From IMG/VR virus record IMGVR_UViG_3300032330_000731, positions 1 through 60,008 of that record: a stretch of 60,008 bases of DNA; one strand, written 5' to 3'. Shown piece after piece: positions 46,477 to 55,134 of the stretch. Origin of the DNA: a virus (lineage: Duplodnaviria; Caudoviricetes). The notes under the pieces are model-generated. The model saw nothing but the letters and a program-made list of their open reading frames with translations, had not been told where the DNA came from and did not search any database. The position numbers and the translations under genes were made by a program. Positions within the stretch are counted from its first letter, which is position 1. The number at the start of each line of letters is the position of its first letter.

Positions 46477-46672
46477 CTTCGTTGTATAAAAGAGACAAAA
46501 CGCCTAGGATCGACGAACGGACCACGGTTGATAGCACGGTAGCTATCTGACCATTAAACGCAGCCTGGGCCGTTTTAATGCGTTCTAGGGGCATGTATGT
46601 TTAGACAGTGCTTGTGCTTTACAGGCCAGTCCAGTCTAGGTGTTTACCCTAGTCATGCCTTTTTGGTCTTTT

Positions 46673-46689
46673 CTGGCACGGTGGTTGCT
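46673..46689 (+). promoter_or_regulatory. sigma-54 (-24/-12) consensus site
   Basis: CTGGCACG-GTGG-TTGCT matches YTGGCACG-N4-TTGCW; faces the early operon. Confidence 0.6.
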
Positions 46690-46857
46690 ACGCGGGCGCG
46701 CACGGGCGCACGTTGGGTAGATTGATTGATGCTTGTCGGTCTGACGCGAGAACGACCATCACTTAGGGTAAGCACCTAGGCTATCGTGTTTACAGTGCGC
46801 GCAGCAATCGATAGCATCGGGGCTGGTTTAACAGCCCATGATGGGCATGGAGTGAAA

Positions 46858-47370
46858 ATGAACAGAGAGCAATGGTTAATGCAGGCGGTGGAAGAACTGC
46901 GCCCACTATTCCAGGCTGCTGGATACTCTTTGCCCACCACTGTGCGGGTTACCTGCGGGTTCCCTAGCACTGCCCGACGCAGTGGCACGTTGGGTGAAAC
47001 GTGGTCCGCAGCAGACTCTGCGGACGGCGCCACGGAAGTGATGATCAGCCCGGTACTGGCCGGCGCTGCGGATGTGCTGGCGGTGCTGCTGACACAATTG
47101 TCAGTGGCCGCTGATGGGCGTAAGCATGCCCAGGTGCTGTCGGCTGTCGGGTCCAATCCTGATGACTATGCCGGCCTGCTGGCGGACCTGGGCGACTATC
47201 CCCATGCTGCCCTGGCACTGCCCACCAAAGCCACTCAGGTCACCCGCATGCTGAAGGCCTGCTGCCCCTCGTGCGGTTACACCGTGCGACTCACGCAGAA
47301 ATGGGTTAGCAAAGGCCTGCCCATTTGCGGCACTTGTGGTGAAGGGTTTAAATTGGAGGCTGCAGAATGA
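46858..47370 (+). CDS. SprT-like protein lacking HExxH, with C-terminal zinc ribbon
   Basis: REQWL...LRP.F...VRVTCGFP...GE.W....SADG..E..ISP; TRMLK..CP.CGYTVR...KW...GLP.C. Confidence 0.75.
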   Translation: MNREQWLMQAVEELRPLFQAAGYSLPTTVRVTCGFPSTARRSGTLGETWSAADSADGATEVMISPVLAGAADVLAVLLTQLSVAADGRKHAQVLSAVGSNPDDYAGLLADLGDYPHAALALPTKATQVTRMLKACCPSCGYTVRLTQKWVSKGLPICGTCGEGFKLEAAE

Positions 47371-48956
47371 GCCGCGCTATTGTTTCGATTCTCAAGCACC
47401 CTGCTAGCACTGTGCTGGCTGCCGCCCGCGCACTGGGCTACACCGGGGCAGACGACAAAATGACCGCCGCAGAATGGATCGTTGTTTGCGGGCATGTCCA
47501 GGCGTTTGAGGGGCTTGTCGCGTCAGCGCAGCCGGCGCCAATCCTGGCGTATAAACCCAGCACCGCGATGGCAGCACTGCCACCCGCAAAACCTGCTAAA
47601 CCTGATCCGGTGTTTGTCCCGGTTGTCAATGACTGGGGGCAGAAAGCGATGTCGGCCATTACTGCGGTGGACAATCAACTCCAGGCAGTGGTGGTGGCTG
47701 TTGCTAAGCTCACGGGTGATCTGTCGGGCATCGATTCCCGCGCTGACAGCGCAAAGCTGGCCGCCGCTACTGCCCGTTCAGAGGCTCAACGCGCAGCAAC
47801 GCAGGCGGGCGACATGGTGCAGCAGGCCCGCGCCGACATGCAAAAAACCGAGACCGAATTGCGCCGCGCTATCGCTGATGCGGTGGCCCAGTTGCAGGCC
47901 CGTCCCGCGCCTGTCATTGACCCTGCTGCAGTCGCTACGGAGGTCTCCCAGGCTGTCGCTGCTGCGTTTAAACCGTTTGCCCAGGCTGTGACTGATGCCG
48001 GCGCAGAATCGACCATCGGCGCGATGACGTCAGCTAGCATTGTTGATCGGAAAACCGCAAAACAGGTTTTCGGAGTGAATGTTAATGACGCAAAGGGCAG
48101 TCCGGTAATGGTTGATATTTGGGACCATCCCGGCGCCCCTGCGGTTGACCCGACCTTTATTTGGTCTAAACCCATTCTGCGGCACCTGCTGCTGTCGCAA
48201 TCGACGGGCGAAAATGTTTGGTTTGGTGGAGATAAGGGCACAGGTAAGTCTGAGACTGCCCGACAATTTGCTGCACGCACGGGCCGTGGATTTACACGGA
48301 TTAACTTTCACAAGTATTCCGCCCAGGAGGACTATCTCGGCGCGACTGGCCTTCAAGCCGGGTCTACCGCCTTCGAGCCGCAAGCCTTTTTGAAGGCTTA
48401 CACAAGCCCTAGCACGGTCATCCTGCTGGATGAAGTGACTAACGCTGATCCGGGCAATCTGGCGCCCCTGAATGGCCTGCTGGAGCCCGGCGCTGCGGTT
48501 TCAATCGGTGGTCACGTTTGGAGGCGTGCCCCGGGCGTGCTTGTCTTTGCTGCAGACAATACCCTAGGCAGTGGAGATCAGTCGGGCCGGTATGCTGGCA
48601 CCCGTGAGATGAATAGCAGTCTGATTGACCGTTTTCCTCGGATTGTGCGGTTTGATTTTCTGCCCATGAAATCGGAAGTGGAAGCTGTCGTCCGACATAC
48701 TGGGTGCGTGCCCGAGTTGGCAGAGCATATTCTGCAGGCAGTTAATATCGCCCGTCAAAAAGTCACTACGGGCGATATTGTGGACGCACCCTCGATCCGC
48801 TCGGTGATCGGTTTCATCCGTGCGCTGGCGATGATGCCAGTAGAGGATGCGTGGGCCTCCAGTATTGCCGCACGCCAGCCCGCTGAGTCTGCCCTGGCGC
48901 TGGAGGCTATCCGCACGGCATCAATTGATGAATCTAAAATTAAAGGCTGGATTTAA
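47367..48956 (+). CDS. MoxR/CobS-like AAA+ ATPase with N-terminal coiled coil
   Basis: GDKGTGKS Walker A, ILLDE Walker B, AADNTLG.G, LIDRF. Confidence 0.9.
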   Translation: MSRAIVSILKHPASTVLAAARALGYTGADDKMTAAEWIVVCGHVQAFEGLVASAQPAPILAYKPSTAMAALPPAKPAKPDPVFVPVVNDWGQKAMSAITAVDNQLQAVVVAVAKLTGDLSGIDSRADSAKLAAATARSEAQRAATQAGDMVQQARADMQKTETELRRAIADAVAQLQARPAPVIDPAAVATEVSQAVAAAFKPFAQAVTDAGAESTIGAMTSASIVDRKTAKQVFGVNVNDAKGSPVMVDIWDHPGAPAVDPTFIWSKPILRHLLLSQSTGENVWFGGDKGTGKSETARQFAARTGRGFTRINFHKYSAQEDYLGATGLQAGSTAFEPQAFLKAYTSPSTVILLDEVTNADPGNLAPLNGLLEPGAAVSIGGHVWRRAPGVLVFAADNTLGSGDQSGRYAGTREMNSSLIDRFPRIVRFDFLPMKSEVEAVVRHTGCVPELAEHILQAVNIARQKVTTGDIVDAPSIRSVIGFIRALAMMPVEDAWASSIAARQPAESALALEAIRTASIDESKIKGWI

Positions 48957-48957
48957 A

Positions 48958-50535
48958 ATGAATCTCCAAACCATTATTGGCCGCCCGCAGGTGCTGGGCT
49001 GGGAATTGCGCACCGCAATCGAGCAGGCTTTGCCACGCATCACCCAGGCGCTGGCAATCAATCCTGTTAGCGTTTTTTGGGCGCCCGGCGCCACTACGGC
49101 ATCCATCGGACAGTATGGTGACATCCGGCTTCCCATGGTCAGTGATGATGCCGTTATCGGTCGGTCTATGGTGACGCGGTACGTGGGTTATATCGTCCAC
49201 GAGCTTCTGCACCGCAAATATACTGACTTTAATGTAAACGCTCCAAACGAGTATTTGGCCCGCTTCCACAATGCCGTGGAGGACGTTTGGATTGAGCGTA
49301 GGGCTGTCTCTGCTGCTTTGCTGGGCAATATTGAAAACCTTTTGTCCGGTTTGGTTGACGGTATTGTTGGCGAAGCCCTGGCACAGACTATTGATTGGAC
49401 AAACCCGGCCCAGTTTCCATTCTCTTTTGCGGTGTTTGGCCGTAAATACGTTTCCCGCAAAATCCCTGTCCCGGGCAATCTGCTGTCAATTTACATTGAA
49501 GCAGACAAGCGCATTGATTCCTGTCAATCATCCGCAGACACCCTAGAAGTGGCCCGCTGGATTGTGGATCAAATTGGGAAACAAGACAGCAAGCCAAACA
49601 AGCCCAGGGAGGCCCAGGGAGGCGCGCAGGGCGACGCACAGGGGGAAGCCCAGGGCGATGCACAGGAAGGCGATCAGGAAGCCCAGGGTGACGCGAAGGA
49701 AGGCGCCCAGGAAGCCCCTGATGCGGGGCAAAGCAAGCCCCTAAACGGCAAGCACGATACGGCAGTCGAAGTGGAACCCGGCCTGCCTGCTCGCCCTGGC
49801 GATAGGGGGACGTTCTGCCGTGGAAATAGTGTTTTGCCTGATCGGATTCACACTCCCACATGGGCATCGTATAGGTTAGAAGATTCTGATGTTCCTGCAG
49901 CACTGCGGGTTGATATTCGGAAGCTGTTTGCCAACACAGCAAACGACGATTGGCAAATGCACCGCAAAACAGGGTCAATTGATACCCGTCAATTGGCGAC
50001 TGGAGGCGCCAGCATGTTTAAACGTCGTCTGGAAACCTCCGGTGTTGATTCTTCGGTTGTTATCCTGCTGGATGTTTCCGGGTCTATGTTCCCTCGCCTG
50101 ATTGGACCGGCTGCAGGTGCCTGCATGGCCCTTATGTCTGCACTTGATGGTGCTGGAGTTGAATCCGCGCTGCTTACGTTCGGCGACGGTGTTTCGACGG
50201 TCAAACCGTTTGGCAAGAATAGTCGCCAAACAAAGCAACATCTTCAACATATAAACATGGGCGGAGGAACTGATGACTATGTTGCTTTGCTGCATGCGCA
50301 TAGTCTTTTGCATACCCGCAAAACAGGCCGGAAGGTTTGTTTTGTAGTGACCGACGGAGAGGGCCGTGTTTCAGAGACTAGAGCGCAAGCAAAAATTGGC
50401 GCAAACCTGGGCATTACGACCATCGGTATCGGTATTGATAAAGATGTTTCATATATTTATAAACATGCCGTGATGGTGAGAAAAGTGTCCGACCTGGGCG
50501 CCGCGATGTTCTCAAAGATCAAAGGAGTTCTTTGA
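48958..50535 (+). CDS. CobT-like VWA-domain protein with HExxH
   Basis: HELLH...N.VED..IE; acidic linker; LLDVSGSM (MIDAS), GGT, VTDG. Confidence 0.88.
   Translation: MNLQTIIGRPQVLGWELRTAIEQALPRITQALAINPVSVFWAPGATTASIGQYGDIRLPMVSDDAVIGRSMVTRYVGYIVHELLHRKYTDFNVNAPNEYLARFHNAVEDVWIERRAVSAALLGNIENLLSGLVDGIVGEALAQTIDWTNPAQFPFSFAVFGRKYVSRKIPVPGNLLSIYIEADKRIDSCQSSADTLEVARWIVDQIGKQDSKPNKPREAQGGAQGDAQGEAQGDAQEGDQEAQGDAKEGAQEAPDAGQSKPLNGKHDTAVEVEPGLPARPGDRGTFCRGNSVLPDRIHTPTWASYRLEDSDVPAALRVDIRKLFANTANDDWQMHRKTGSIDTRQLATGGASMFKRRLETSGVDSSVVILLDVSGSMFPRLIGPAAGACMALMSALDGAGVESALLTFGDGVSTVKPFGKNSRQTKQHLQHINMGGGTDDYVALLHAHSLLHTRKTGRKVCFVVTDGEGRVSETRAQAKIGANLGITTIGIGIDKDVSYIYKHAVMVRKVSDLGAAMFSKIKGVL
49609..49716 (+). 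repeat. degenerate 12-bp tandem repeat encoding (E/D/G)AQG units
   Basis: EAQGGAQGDAQGEAQGDAQEGDQEAQGDAKEGAQEA linker. Confidence 0.7.
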
Positions 50536-50547
50536 CCCTAGCCGCTA

Positions 50548-50565
50548 GCCCTGGTTCGCCAGGGC
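50548..50565 (+). other. GC-rich hairpin in the early intergenic region (no U-tract)
   Basis: GCCCTGG-TTCG-CCAGGGC. Confidence 0.6.
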
Positions 50566-50610
50566 GTGCGAGTGGGGCCACAGTGGCAACACATACCCGG
50601 ATATAAAACA

Positions 50611-50934
50611 ATGTCAAACGACGAACTGAACGTGCAGCAGGGCGCTGCATATGAAGCACTTCGCAACGCAATCGAAGCCGCAGTGGATGCCCTGGCAAGC
50701 GCTACAACCGCAGCCAACGTCTACGCCCATGTAGTGGCACTGCAGAGCGATGACCCTGCTCAGACCCTGGCGCAGTTAGCCTGGACGAACCGGGGAAGCT
50801 GGAGCGGTGGCCCGTTGGGCAAGAACAATCTGCAGGAGAACCTGCTGCGCGAGGAGGCTCTGCAACTGATGGTGCGCGATGAGTGGATGCGCCGCCCCTT
50901 GCGCAAGCTGCGCCCCATGAAAGGCCCGCAATGA
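50611..50934 (+). CDS. hypothetical protein
   Basis: ORF with GC-rich codon use. Confidence 0.7.
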   Translation: MSNDELNVQQGAAYEALRNAIEAAVDALASATTAANVYAHVVALQSDDPAQTLAQLAWTNRGSWSGGPLGKNNLQENLLREEALQLMVRDEWMRRPLRKLRPMKGPQ

Positions 50935-51014
50935 TGGAGGAAGTCTGGGATTTGCTGTTTGCCGCAGCACTGGGCGTGGCGGGTGCCTACCTGCTGGTGC
51001 TGTGGATAGCATGA
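50931..51014 (+). CDS. small membrane peptide (MMEEVWDLLFAAALGVAGAYLLVLWIA)
   Basis: hand translation; ATGA coupling. Confidence 0.5.
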   Translation: MMEEVWDLLFAAALGVAGAYLLVLWIA

Positions 51015-51069
51015 AATTAGTTACTGCTTAACGCGACATTTTTGCAATCATGTAAACGGAGATATTTAA

Positions 51070-51387
51070 ATGAACTTTATTAACTTGACCCCTCACGCCC
51101 TCACGATTGAGGGAATCGGCACCATTGAGTCATCAGGCGTGGCCCGCGTCAATGTCACGGCATTCCCTAGCATCAGTGCGTCTGGTGTGCGAGTGATGAA
51201 GAATGTGTTTGGCAATGTGAGCGGGTTGCCTGCTCCTAAGACGAACACTGTTTATATCGTCTCGGCGATGGTATTGAACGCAATCGGAATCCGCGCAGGG
51301 TCTGATGTTTTTGCGCCTGATACTGGCGAAGATGCAGTCCGAAACGACAAAGGCCACATCGTGGCCGTGAAGGGTCTGGTGTTTTGA
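51070..51387 (+). CDS. conserved phage hypothetical protein (NLTPH motif)
   Basis: INLTPH...GLP.P......IVS..V......D...PDTG...VR...G.I..V. Confidence 0.8.
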   Translation: MNFINLTPHALTIEGIGTIESSGVARVNVTAFPSISASGVRVMKNVFGNVSGLPAPKTNTVYIVSAMVLNAIGIRAGSDVFAPDTGEDAVRNDKGHIVAVKGLVF

Positions 51388-51602
51388 TCAAGCTGGTCAC
51401 AGACCGGCCTGCGATGATTAAAAACGAAGTTAATATAAGACAATCACTGGTTTTCGCAAGCCTGTCGGAGATTAAAACAAACGAGGTTTACATATCTTTT
51501 ATGGGGAGATGGTCAGTATATAGAATGGATAAAGATAGAATACCCCGATTGTGCGGGCATTACCCCGACATTCAATCCGCAATGTTTAGAGCTAGGAGAT
51601 AA
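51384..51602 (+). CDS. hypothetical protein
   Basis: coupled ORF. Confidence 0.55.
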   Translation: MIKLVTDRPAMIKNEVNIRQSLVFASLSEIKTNEVYISFMGRWSVYRMDKDRIPRLCGHYPDIQSAMFRARR

Positions 51603-51603
51603 T

Positions 51604-51747
51604 ATGTTGTTTGATGTATTTGATAATGACTTCAAAAAGGTGGGGACCGTCCAGGCCCCTGACCCGATTACCGCACTTCAAAAGGCCAAGCAACAGTTTA
51701 AATATGTTGCCGCGCCGATGGTGCAAGAATCCAGAGACAAACAATGA
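51604..51747 (+). CDS. small hypothetical protein (MLFDVFDNDFKKVGTVQAPDPITALQKAKQQFKYVAAPMVQESRDKQ)
   Basis: hand translation; SD AGGAG upstream. Confidence 0.6.
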   Translation: MLFDVFDNDFKKVGTVQAPDPITALQKAKQQFKYVAAPMVQESRDKQ

Positions 51748-51810
51748 TTTTATGTATTGGGTTGTTGTTGGTACTCGCTGTTTTGTTTACAGTCTATGAT
51801 GAATGGTAAT

Positions 51811-52011
51811 ATGAATACAAACACCAAGAGAAACGAGCACCCGTCCTGCGGTTGCACTTCATGCCGTCGAGGCGGAGCAAGCCACTGGGGGCAGTACATT
51901 CACACTGCCGTAAACCGTGCCATCCGGCGCCGAAACAAGGCCGCACTTAAAGCGATGAAGGACATTGACACCTATATGGCGCTTGTCAAATCAACACCAT
52001 ACACAGATTAA
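51811..52011 (+). CDS. small basic Cys-containing protein
   Basis: SCGCTSCRRG; last gene before the terminator. Confidence 0.6.
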   Translation: MNTNTKRNEHPSCGCTSCRRGGASHWGQYIHTAVNRAIRRRNKAALKAMKDIDTYMALVKSTPYTD

Positions 52012-52034
52012 AAAAGGGGCTTAGGCCCCTTTGT
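52010..52034. terminator. bidirectional rho-independent terminator
   Basis: AAAAAAGGGGC-TTAG-GCCCCTTT between convergent genes. Confidence 0.85.
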
Positions 52035-52038
52035 TGTT

Positions 52039-54786
52039 TTAAAACTTATCCACTAATTCAGAATACGTTCCTGCGGTTTTGTTATATAGCAAAGCCGTCT
52101 CGCCCTGGGTGCCAACCCATCTATATCTGCACTTCCAGACTGCAATCTCTACCATCTTGTCTGCCCGGTGGACGGTAATACCGCAGTCTGTTTTGGCCCA
52201 CCATGCCATTGAATTACCAGATACAACAACCTTGCCATTCCTCCGCGTGATGTATGCGCCTGTCGATACAGTCAAGCAATACACCTTACCTGCGTAAGGT
52301 ACAACAACCATATTTCGGGCGGGTTCAACCGTTCTTTCTTTTTCATTTCTGATCATTACGATATAACGGTCGTAATGATGAGACAGCGCCCCAGCGTAGG
52401 ATGAAATGTGCGCCCACATACCAAGCTCAATACATAGCCTCTGCACATCGTCTGCAAGCTGCTTGCTGGCAGTGTGATAAGTCGTATACCCTGATTCTTG
52501 TACGCTTCCGTCCCCAAAAATCATCCCGTCAAGCAACGCCTTCTTTGCTTCAATGGAAGATGACCATATCAGATTTGGAAGCCGCTTATTGGCGCAGCCT
52601 TCACCACAGTTTTCAATAACAAATTTCTGAAGCTCAGGGTTAGATCGCTTAAACATCCTGTTAACCCACATTGGCTTTTCGTATTCGCGTGCTGATTTAC
52701 GAACAACGCAAGAGGATTTGACGCCAAGAGCGCTTACAACTTCCCTTGGCAGACTAGAGTTCTCATCTACTTGGCAAACTGACAGTGCGCCCATAGACAC
52801 ATGCCCCTCCGCTATCCAAAAACCAACGTACCACCAGAACGGGTGGAGCGCATAGCCGTGATCAAAGTTTAAATTAGTAGGCGACGAGGCTTGGACTGGA
52901 TTGCCGACCATTGGAATAGACCAGCGTGATGTGGTTACATCCTCGCTATTGCAAAAATTAAATCCTTTACTCCAAGTGCATGGACGGCCCGTCTTTTTTG
53001 ACCCCTTAGTCTTCTTCCGGCTAAATGCAGGCTTAACCAACATTCTGTGGTTTGGAGTTATCAGGAAGTCGGTTCCATTACCAGACCAGTGATGCATTGG
53101 TCCGTCATGGTCGTATTCATGGATATGCTCCGGCAGTTCATAAAAAACATCCTGGGTATCTGGATTGAAGACGGCAACCCTATCTTCGTAGGATACTTGA
53201 GAGTGGTTGACCCATCCCCTCATCGTCAAGACTTCCGTATCTGACGAATAACACCCGCTAATGCTCATTCCATCCGGCCTGGGTTGATCGACGCCTGAAC
53301 GATTGACCTTACTAGGGTGAGCAACGAAAAATGTGTGGACATCGAACGCCTTACAGAACTTTTGAATTCTGGTCAGCATGTTACTGATTGCTTCTGTTTC
53401 TGTAGTGTTGTCCCGGGGAAGCTCAAGATAGTTATAAGGGTCAATCACCAAACCCCGGATTCCCATACGCTTTACACCGACCCTTGCTCTGTCAAGGATT
53501 GAGTCTAGGGTCGATGGTTCCTCTCCGTTTGAGTCGATGAATAGGAAGTGGTCATTCACCCAGTCAAGCGCAGCAGACTTTTCTGAATGAGACATGCGGT
53601 CCTTACCCTCAAAGAACCGTTTACCCGTGTAAATCTCCATCAGCCGGGATATATGAATCTCGGGTTGATTCTCAAAGCTACAAACCGCAAACTTCCAGTC
53701 ATCTTTCCTGGCAATGTTTACCATCATTTGATCAACGAAATTACTTTTGCCCGATGACGGATAACCCGTCACGACCGTAAGCTGCCCAGGTGCAACTGTG
53801 TAAATCTGGTCAACCGAGGAATATCCAGTCGAGAATCCCTTGCCTGTTCCTTTGGCGTATAAATCATTCAGCCTGTCTTCATACGAGGCTGCGATGGTCA
53901 GGCCGGCGATTGGATACGGCGCGGCAGCATCAATAATTTCATTAACCCTGACCCTCCCCGTCCGTGATGGGTCATTCCGTGATGGGTCAAGGAAGACTTC
54001 ATTCAGGTCTTTACTAGAGAACTTTGCAATCCTGCATTTCTCTTTGCCAATTCTGCGTGCCAGTTCTTCGGCTAACGCTTGGCCGGGACCATCCTGGTCT
54101 GTTGCTAATACTACATACGGTGCTGCGTCCAGTATCTCCCGCGCATTCCATACATAAGCAAACTTTTTATCCTCAGACGGCAGTACCTTTCCATCTGCGA
54201 CTTTGATTGGCGCCCCGGAAGGCACACTAACTGCATTTAAAACTCCAGACTCAATCAATGTCAGGCAATCAATCTCACCTTCGACAATGATGATTGGCTT
54301 GCCTTTTTCTACAAGGTCAATACCAAAGAAGTCATGCGCACCCCCGGCGTCTTGTGTAAAATCCTTTTCAGGGAACGATCTATATTTGGCAGATACTAAC
54401 GCCCCGTTCCTGAAATAAGGAAAACCAATTGCATCTGCGGTTTTGTTTAGGCGACTAAAGAATTTATCCGCAGCAAATAACTGCATTTTGTCTGCGGTTT
54501 CTTTAGTTATACCCCTTGTAAGTAAATAAGCATAATGTTTTTCTTCTAACTTATTACTGATAATTTCTTTAGTCACTATAGCTGCCAATTTAAACTCCCG
54601 TTTGGTCTTTGGTTGTATAGCGCCTGTCTCTTGACAGTGGTGACAGTAGTAAAGAACTGCCCCGTCACCCTTGCGGGTGAGCGTCATGTCTTTTGCCCTG
54701 CTGTTTTTTCTGTCTCCCGAGCATGCGGGGCAGGCTACTCTCGTTGATTCATTGAAGTCAAATTGCTCAATGAACTCAGGTGTCAT
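52039..54786 (-). CDS. Twinkle/T7 gp4-like primase-helicase, intein-containing
   Basis: N-terminal CPAC...CHHC zinc finger; TOPRIM (EGEID, DQD); GYPSSGKS; VIDPY; VAHP. Confidence 0.93.
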   Translation of the reverse strand: MTPEFIEQFDFNESTRVACPACSGDRKNSRAKDMTLTRKGDGAVLYYCHHCQETGAIQPKTKREFKLAAIVTKEIISNKLEEKHYAYLLTRGITKETADKMQLFAADKFFSRLNKTADAIGFPYFRNGALVSAKYRSFPEKDFTQDAGGAHDFFGIDLVEKGKPIIIVEGEIDCLTLIESGVLNAVSVPSGAPIKVADGKVLPSEDKKFAYVWNAREILDAAPYVVLATDQDGPGQALAEELARRIGKEKCRIAKFSSKDLNEVFLDPSRNDPSRTGRVRVNEIIDAAAPYPIAGLTIAASYEDRLNDLYAKGTGKGFSTGYSSVDQIYTVAPGQLTVVTGYPSSGKSNFVDQMMVNIARKDDWKFAVCSFENQPEIHISRLMEIYTGKRFFEGKDRMSHSEKSAALDWVNDHFLFIDSNGEEPSTLDSILDRARVGVKRMGIRGLVIDPYNYLELPRDNTTETEAISNMLTRIQKFCKAFDVHTFFVAHPSKVNRSGVDQPRPDGMSISGCYSSDTEVLTMRGWVNHSQVSYEDRVAVFNPDTQDVFYELPEHIHEYDHDGPMHHWSGNGTDFLITPNHRMLVKPAFSRKKTKGSKKTGRPCTWSKGFNFCNSEDVTTSRWSIPMVGNPVQASSPTNLNFDHGYALHPFWWYVGFWIAEGHVSMGALSVCQVDENSSLPREVVSALGVKSSCVVRKSAREYEKPMWVNRMFKRSNPELQKFVIENCGEGCANKRLPNLIWSSSIEAKKALLDGMIFGDGSVQESGYTTYHTASKQLADDVQRLCIELGMWAHISSYAGALSHHYDRYIVMIRNEKERTVEPARNMVVVPYAGKVYCLTVSTGAYITRRNGKVVVSGNSMAWWAKTDCGITVHRADKMVEIAVWKCRYRWVGTQGETALLYNKTAGTYSELVDKF
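52213..53253 (-). mobile_element. intein with LAGLIDADG endonuclease (347 aa)
   Basis: SISG|CYSSDTEVLT...GFWIAEG...LLDGMIFGDG...VYCLTV...RRNGKVVVSGN|SMAWW. Confidence 0.93.
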
Positions 54787-55022
54787 TTCATAGACCCATC
54801 TGATTTTCTAGGGAATGATCGGTTTTTTGACGGCTTCTCCAGCCGTACCCCGTCTTTATTAAGCCCTCCTTTGGATAGGGCTTTTACGTGCGCAACATCT
54901 TTACCAGTTCGATCAACTCCTTTGGCATCGAGCTTTCGTCTAGCCCGCTGTCGCTCCATGCGGTCTTCATGCTCTCCTCTGGCGAGTTGAGTTGCGTATT
55001 CGGTTTTGTAATCTCTGGGCAT
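54783..55022 (-). CDS. small HNH-like protein
   Basis: RDYK.EY...R.RARR......GKDVAHVKALSKGG.N.......S.NRS. Confidence 0.75.
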   Translation of the reverse strand: MPRDYKTEYATQLARGEHEDRMERQRARRKLDAKGVDRTGKDVAHVKALSKGGLNKDGVRLEKPSKNRSFPRKSDGSMK

Positions 55023-55134
55023 AGCAATTCCTCAAATGGAATCTCAAATGTTACCTTGTCTGCTGGGTCTTTCATAACAAATCCTGTTAATGATGTACAG
55101 AAACCCCTGTAGATTCTTATTATTGATATTGACC

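Noticed and set aside
47367-50535. cobS/cobT cobalamin auxiliary metabolic genes
   Set aside because: No cobN or other cobalamin genes; the motifs only show a generic MoxR AAA+/VWA pair
51611-51799. 62-aa ORF from the track
   Set aside because: The alternative frame 51604..51747 has the SD and a more protein-like sequence
53961-53989. 14-bp direct repeat TCCGTGATGGGTCA in the primase-helicase
   Set aside because: In-frame 15-bp duplication in a linker (DPSRN/DPSRT); likely slippage
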